Made by a program: the position numbers and the translations under genes. DNA of 64,000 bases from Tubulanus polymorphus. Lineage: Eukaryota; Animalia; Nemertea. Location: NCBI RefSeq assembly GCF_964204645.1, contig NC_134033.1:13586655-13650654 (forward strand), read 5' to 3'. The notes beneath the pieces were generated by a model. That model did no database searches and was not told the DNA's origin. It saw only the letters and a program-made list of their open reading frames with translations. How positions within the stretch are numbered: the stretch's first letter is position 1; each line of letters begins with the position of its first letter. This document shows, one piece after another, positions 43,673 through 64,000 of the stretch.

Positions 43673-44614
43673 TTAGCCATAGTAACCTCCCATACCTCCC
43701 ATACCCATACCTCCCATTCCCGAACCTCCCATACCTCCCATACCCATACCTCCCATACCTCCCATACCTCCCATTCTCATACCTCCCATACCCATGCCTC
43801 CCATTCTTCCACCACCCATACCCATGCCTCCCATTCTTCCACCACCCATACCGCCCATATTGCGTTTAAGTTTCATACGGTAAATATTTCCATTACCAAG
43901 TTTCATGCTATTCATGTGATGACCTCCTGCCATACCTCCTCCCATACCTCCTCGCATACCTCCTCCCATACCTCCTCGCATGCCACCGCCGCCCATCATG
44001 GGCATCATCTGACCACCCATACCTCCTCTCATCATGGGCATCATACCACCTGGAAGACAGACAAAATCATGAACATGCGACTTTATGGGCGGACACCAAT
44101 AAACATTTGTTTACCGTCATAGTTTGCTATTGTCCGGGAACAGGACTTGGCAAAAATACGTACAAACTTGGCCCGGTTTTATAGATCGCGGTATAACCTT
44201 TAACCCGGAGGCTAACTAAATTGAAAATGAATTAAGTTAGCCCCCGGGTTAAAGGTAATACCAGTCTGTATCGGCCCCTGGGGTATACTGAGAGTTATCA
44301 AGATAATCACTGCCTCCGATAGACCTAACTTCAAAGATGGTCGACACTGTGAAATACGTTTGGTTATTAGCTCCTCGATTAACTGTCTATGGGAACTTCC
44401 GATCTGTCATTATGTTTGCCCGGATTGCCGTGGTGCACTGACGTTGCAATGTGCAAAGAAACACGACTATGGAGGAGCCTACCCGGTCACAAAAATATAC
44501 AAGTTCACCGCGATACAGGCGCAAAAATATATAGTATTTTTATACAGGTTTATCATACATACCATAAGCCAGCGCGACTAATGCCAATAACACCACACAA
44601 ATTTTCATATTCAT
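43673..44614 (-). CDS. Secreted Gly/Met-rich low-complexity protein, 142 aa
   Basis: Exon 44614-44563 (MNMKICVVLLALVALAY G|gtatgt, signal-peptide-like) joins in phase 1 to exon 44049-43673 (ttccag|GTGGTATG...GGYYG-TAA). Probable non-coding first exon ~44850-44803 ending in ACA|gtaagt; AATAAA at ~43166-43171 on the minus strand. Confidence 0.85.
44170..44279. mobile_element. Palindromic MITE in the Gly/Met gene intron
   Basis: ACCTTTAACCCGGAGGCTAACT / AGTTAGCCCCCGGGTTAAAGGT arms. Confidence 0.6.
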
Positions 44615-44844
44615 TTTATCGTTTTTGTTTTCTGAAAAGGAAATTCAGAGAATACATGTTTAGATTCGATAATCAAGAATGGTGACATTCCAAACAACGA
44701 AGAATTTGAATTTTTTACCCAGTATACTAGAACACGTGCATTACGCCGAACAGAATGTGTGAATAAAAAAAAATCCAACAGAAAAATGTCATTTTCACTT
44801 ACTGTATTGCGGCGATAACTTCGCTCAGTCCTCTGCGAGACAGG

Positions 44845-44884
44845 AGAATTGTGACCAGCAGCAAAACGGCAGCGGGTTTTTATC
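44845..44884 (-). promoter_or_regulatory. TATA-like box and initiator of the Gly/Met-rich gene
   Basis: GATAAAAA (minus strand, ~44877-44884) about 30 nt upstream of a TCACAATT Inr-like sequence, followed by a short exon with a consensus donor. Confidence 0.4.
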
Positions 44885-45099
44885 GCGAATGGTTTACGTA
44901 TATCGCGTCATGTACAGATGTTACAACGCTGGCACGTGCGACCAGGCCCCCGATAATGCCCAAACATAATTCACAAATCTTCCAGAACAAACTCTAAACT
45001 TGAAAACATTACAAAAACGTGGTGTTGTCGTCGTTCAGCCCAAATCAAAAACTTAAAGAAAAACATTTATGGAATATATTATAGAATATGTGGAGATAA

Positions 45100-45520
45100 T
45101 ATTCATTCATTCAAAGGCGAGTTCAAATTAATTTGCAAAGCGGACGCAGGGCTGCAGTTTCTTGCGCCCACAGAGCTATGCTCAACTCATCCAGGACATC
45201 TTTAATTCATCCACACGAACAAAGCCTCACAATCAGCGAGGGCCATGGAAAACTCGTAGTCAAAGGCCCAAAACACGACAGAAAAGAAAGGGCAGTCCTG
45301 GGATCAAGGGCCAGCCGAGGCAGCAAGCAGTTCCCATAGAAATCTCTGGAATGATGTACACCCGAAAGGATGCAATTTCCGAGGATTAGCTTCAAAATTG
45401 CGGGTTTAATTTGACGAACTCCGCCTTGAGTAACGGACAACCTCATGTTGCTGAAAGCAGGGCCTGGACCAACGATACCCCCTAAACTAAATCTGCCCCG
45501 GAAAAGTAACAATTAGGACT
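45100..45520 (-). mobile_element. Possible decayed LINE (Tx1-like) 3' end
   Basis: GC-richer block ending in (TGAA)n on the minus strand; frame-broken peptides (RFLWELLAA, YEFSMALADCEALFVW) loosely resemble LINE ORF2 C-termini. Confidence 0.25.
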
Positions 45521-48500
45521 TATATTTCCCTGATTTAACATCGATGCCTGGCATGGTCGGGGATATGTTGTTTTAACATCTATTGCCGGTCAGACAGTCA
45601 TTCTTGATCCGCTCCTTTCACATCCCACATTCAACAACGACTAAACTAATTTCAGCAATAAATATATAAGTTTTATTTCCGTACTCAGCAAATATCATAT
45701 ACATAAATAAATAAACAAAAAAAAAACAACAGTAGAAATGGATAATAGATAGTGAGTGAATTATAGAGGGTTTATATACTGTAGAATAATGGACGTTTCA
45801 TTTCAGAGGAATGTTTCACATGATCACAACGTTTAGACAGGAAATAAAATCCCGAAGATTCCAGTTGGTCCGTTAACGAGAGATATGGACAAAACTGACC
45901 ATCTTTTTCTGTTCCAGTTACGCCGCATTCAAGGGGCACGAATTCCACGAATTTCAAAAATAATTGCACCCTCAAAAAGAGTTATTGATATATACGTTCA
46001 ATAATCTAAAATGGAATGTTCTGAAAAATACATTGGAGGGATTGTTAGTCGGAATACTAGCCCCGAAATTAGAGTCGAATAGATTTGGTATTTCAACAAG
46101 GTAAATGAAGTTTTTACAAAGAAAGGTTGAACCTAGCTCGTATCATAAAACTTGCAGACGTGCGTTTAAAGCTTGCACTGATGATGCACCACTCGGCGCA
46201 ACTAAATTGAATTCTAAATATTTCAGCCTTTTCCAATGAGAAAAACTATCTACGACTATTTCGTATCGAAATCAGGTCGATTCAAAGTATAGTTATTGCA
46301 CTTTTTAATCTGAAAAGGAATATTGTTTCCGACACATGTTTCGATTTACTCGTATAGGATTTAGGACGGTTTATTAGAAATACTATCAATCTTAGTCGGA
46401 ATATGAACCGGGTGTTGATTCAACACGCGCGTGTCGTGGTGCCGTGTTTAAAATCACGTTCATGTTCAGACGACAGGTGCGCTTAATAGCAATCGTAAAT
46501 AACGCGCTGACTTTGATTAAGCGGTCAGCAATACACACCCACGTAATAGCCATAAATTCATGAATTCTCAATTTCAGCTGATACAAACACTATAAGGGAA
46601 TTCGAGGACAAATTGAACGTTGAAATGAGTTTTAATATAGTTAGTACACGCAAATATTTGATTGCAGGGCCATCCCTAGCATTTGCATTCTTATGAGGGG
46701 ACGGGGCCAGGCAGAGAAACCCGAAATGGGCAGTTAGGATATAACAACGATATTTGCAATAAGGGCTTTTTCAAAATTCCTGGGGGGGGGGGGGGCAAGT
46801 ACGGCCCTAGATTGCAATCGCTAGCTAGACTTAAGAATTGTTCCAAGAATTTCGACCAAAATTAGAATAATATTGTATCGTATTGCACGATTGTTAAATA
46901 ATTAACATAATTTACGATGATAATAAGTAATATTCATTAGGTATATTGGTATAAACTATGTTTATACAAAGATGGCCGGATACAAGATTGCTTGAGATAA
47001 TGATAACTATATATATATATATATATATGTAGATGCAGGTGTTTTAATACAATGCATGAAAAATTCTGTGAAAATAAAAAATATCGGCCTCCAAGCTCCA
47101 CACGTTGATTTGGGCTGAAATTTGACTCACGGTTGGAATCATTGAAATGAACATATTTTAACAGTTAAGCCCATTTCAATGGAGGTCTTGTAGCCATGTG
47201 ATTTTTGGAGCCTTATTTGCCATATTGGTTAGCAAACTCACAATACGTGATTTAACTGCAGTTTGTAAAAACCCTGAAACCAGTTCCACAGTTGTGATTT
47301 AAAATCAGTTCATTTTCAATGTTTTAACTCGTGAGTCAAATATAACCCAAAACTGTGGAACTGGATCTTCTGTTGCTCTAGCACTGGTCGGCAAACAAAT
47401 TATGACATCACAATCAAGACCTCCATAGACAATCGTGGAACTGAGTGTCAGGGTGTCAAGGTCACAGAGCAGTTTACGTAAACAACTCTCACTCGGCCTA
47501 AACACCTAAGCCTTTCTTACTTAACACAGAACACTTAAAACTCTAAATTTTTCTGACCCAATATACAAAGTGCCAGATACAAAACATCGAACTAAAGGAT
47601 ATCGTTGGACTGAGATCCAACTCGAGATATATCTACCTTCCTACTGTCATTTGAGTTAAAATTCATATAAATTTGAGTTACGCAAAATCCTACTAAACTA
47701 TAATGTACTTAATTATACTGAATTAAGAGATTTCAAACTTTCAAGTTTCAAAATTCGTTTGCTAAACCAACGCCCCCTACAGGTCACAAATATTAAAAGT
47801 GCTTTATCATATATTTATACATAATAGTAATATTTAAATCATGATAACTACAATATCAATAATAATAATAATAATCATAATAATAGGCTATTTACAGACG
47901 ATTTGTAAATGTGTAAAAATTTCATTGGAAAAATTTCAGATTGCCGCCTCAACAATGAGATCGAGGGGTTAGATATGAAAAACTTATAACAGATCTTGAA
48001 GTACACTGCCCTCTATTATTGTTCTGTTTAACTACAATTTTATAATTTCATGTCGTTTAATAAAGGGAAATCAGTAACAATCGGTTTATCTGTTGTTTCT
48101 GTTAAGACTCAATTTGATTGGCTATCATCAAGAGAGAATTAACCAATACAATTGCCTTCCTAATTCTGAATCTCTGATTGGCCATGCTCCAGCAAACTGG
48201 AGTCTAATTGTAAAACCCACTCTGATTGGCCAATACACGAGATAACATCTCAAAACAAACCAATGAGGACTTACAAAATATGTTGCTATCATTCTGATTT
48301 TCCGTATTAAAGTGTAGTGAATAAGTACCCGATTACAACAAGTTGATAATAGTTTCATGAATATATTGGTTGCATTTGGTTTTTCAGACTCATGGCAGAC
48401 TATACAAAATACAACAAACATTTATGAAAGCTAACATTTTAAAAACATTTTGCATACTTCAGGCCCGCACGTGGCGAACATACGAGAAATACGTTTTACA

Positions 48501-48852
48501 AATTTGTACATGAAATTCTGTATTCGTTTTTCTGCAATTAAACAGTAACGTTCATCACTTAATTCAGCAGTCAATAGTTCCGAGTCCTAGAACAGTTCAA
48601 ACCCCTGTTTCGCGAACAGGAATAAATGGTAAATAACCGTTAAATTTTTCATCAGATAGCAGTTAATTTCAATATTATCATTCGAGGAGTTTAATGAAAG
48701 AAGAAAGCACACAGAAAAATAATTATGCAAATTGAAGATTCTTTTAAGAATTCGCCTGGCAGCGCGTACGCGTCAAACATCAGATGTCGCTAGCTCTGAG
48801 AGTTCTCTGGCAGAAGGTATACATAAGAGTAGATGGCGCTCATGAGAGAGAT

Positions 48853-63750
<14,898 letters not shown>

Positions 63751-63819
63751 CTGAAACAAAAATGATTACAATCTAGAAACAGGTTTTTACATAATTTGAA
63801 CCCAGTTCCCACGTTCCTC

Positions 63820-64000
63820 TAGAAATGGTTGAACATGTGAGCAGATCTAGGGCAGTTTTGGTTCCCATGTTTTTCAAGAAATGGTTGAACATGGGGAGAT
63901 CTAGGGGGCAGTTTTGGTTCCCATGTTTTTCAAGAAATGCTTGAACATGGGAAGATCTAGGGGGCAGTTTTAGTTCCCATGTTTTTCAAGAAATGCTTGA
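63820..64000. repeat. ~55-bp tandem repeat running off the window end
   Basis: AGAAATGGTTGAACATG..AGATCTAGGG..CAGTTTTGGTTCCCATGTTTTTCA, 3 or more copies. Confidence 0.85.

Noticed and set aside
43586-44122. His/Thr/Ser-rich 178-aa ORF on +
   Set aside because: Antisense shadow of the Gly/Met repeat; splice sites, signal peptide and poly(A) signal all support the minus strand.
46328-46400. Possible hammerhead (minus strand TCCGAC TAAGA...GAAACATGTGTCGGA)
   Set aside because: CTGANGA box is incomplete and stem II is unconvincing; may be a decayed copy but is not supportable.

Overview
AT-rich, intron-rich animal genomic DNA. An invertebrate, probably a lophotrochozoan, is an inference from protein similarity and gene structure; the species cannot be determined. 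Five spliced protein-coding genes were reconstructed exon by exon: a 5'-partial type II diacylglycerol kinase (DGKD/DGKH; +, 1666-18537), CDC20 (-, 23099-28626), INTS6 (-, 30722-39023), a small secreted Gly/Met-rich orphan protein (-, 43673-44614) and 5'-partial myosin VIIa (-, 48853->63750). A sixth locus is a BIVM-like gene (-, 40395-42648) with one frameshift/premature stop. Introns are packed with MITEs, LINE fragments, a tRNA-derived SINE and minisatellites. The main signal not explained by the ORF track is a dispersed family of at least 8 minimal type I hammerhead-ribozyme motifs (CUGANGA-stem II-GAAA-palindrome) whose stem II sequences covary. Where boundaries are visible they sit in 130-180 bp elements, some fold-back and one with a perfect 14-bp target-site duplication. 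Other highlights are a U12-type AT-AC intron in myosin VIIa, an MR rather than IR tail on CDC20, a sense-strand LINE with an open RT frame in a CDC20 intron, and two minisatellites amplified from MITE ends. All coordinates were read by eye and may be off by a few bases.
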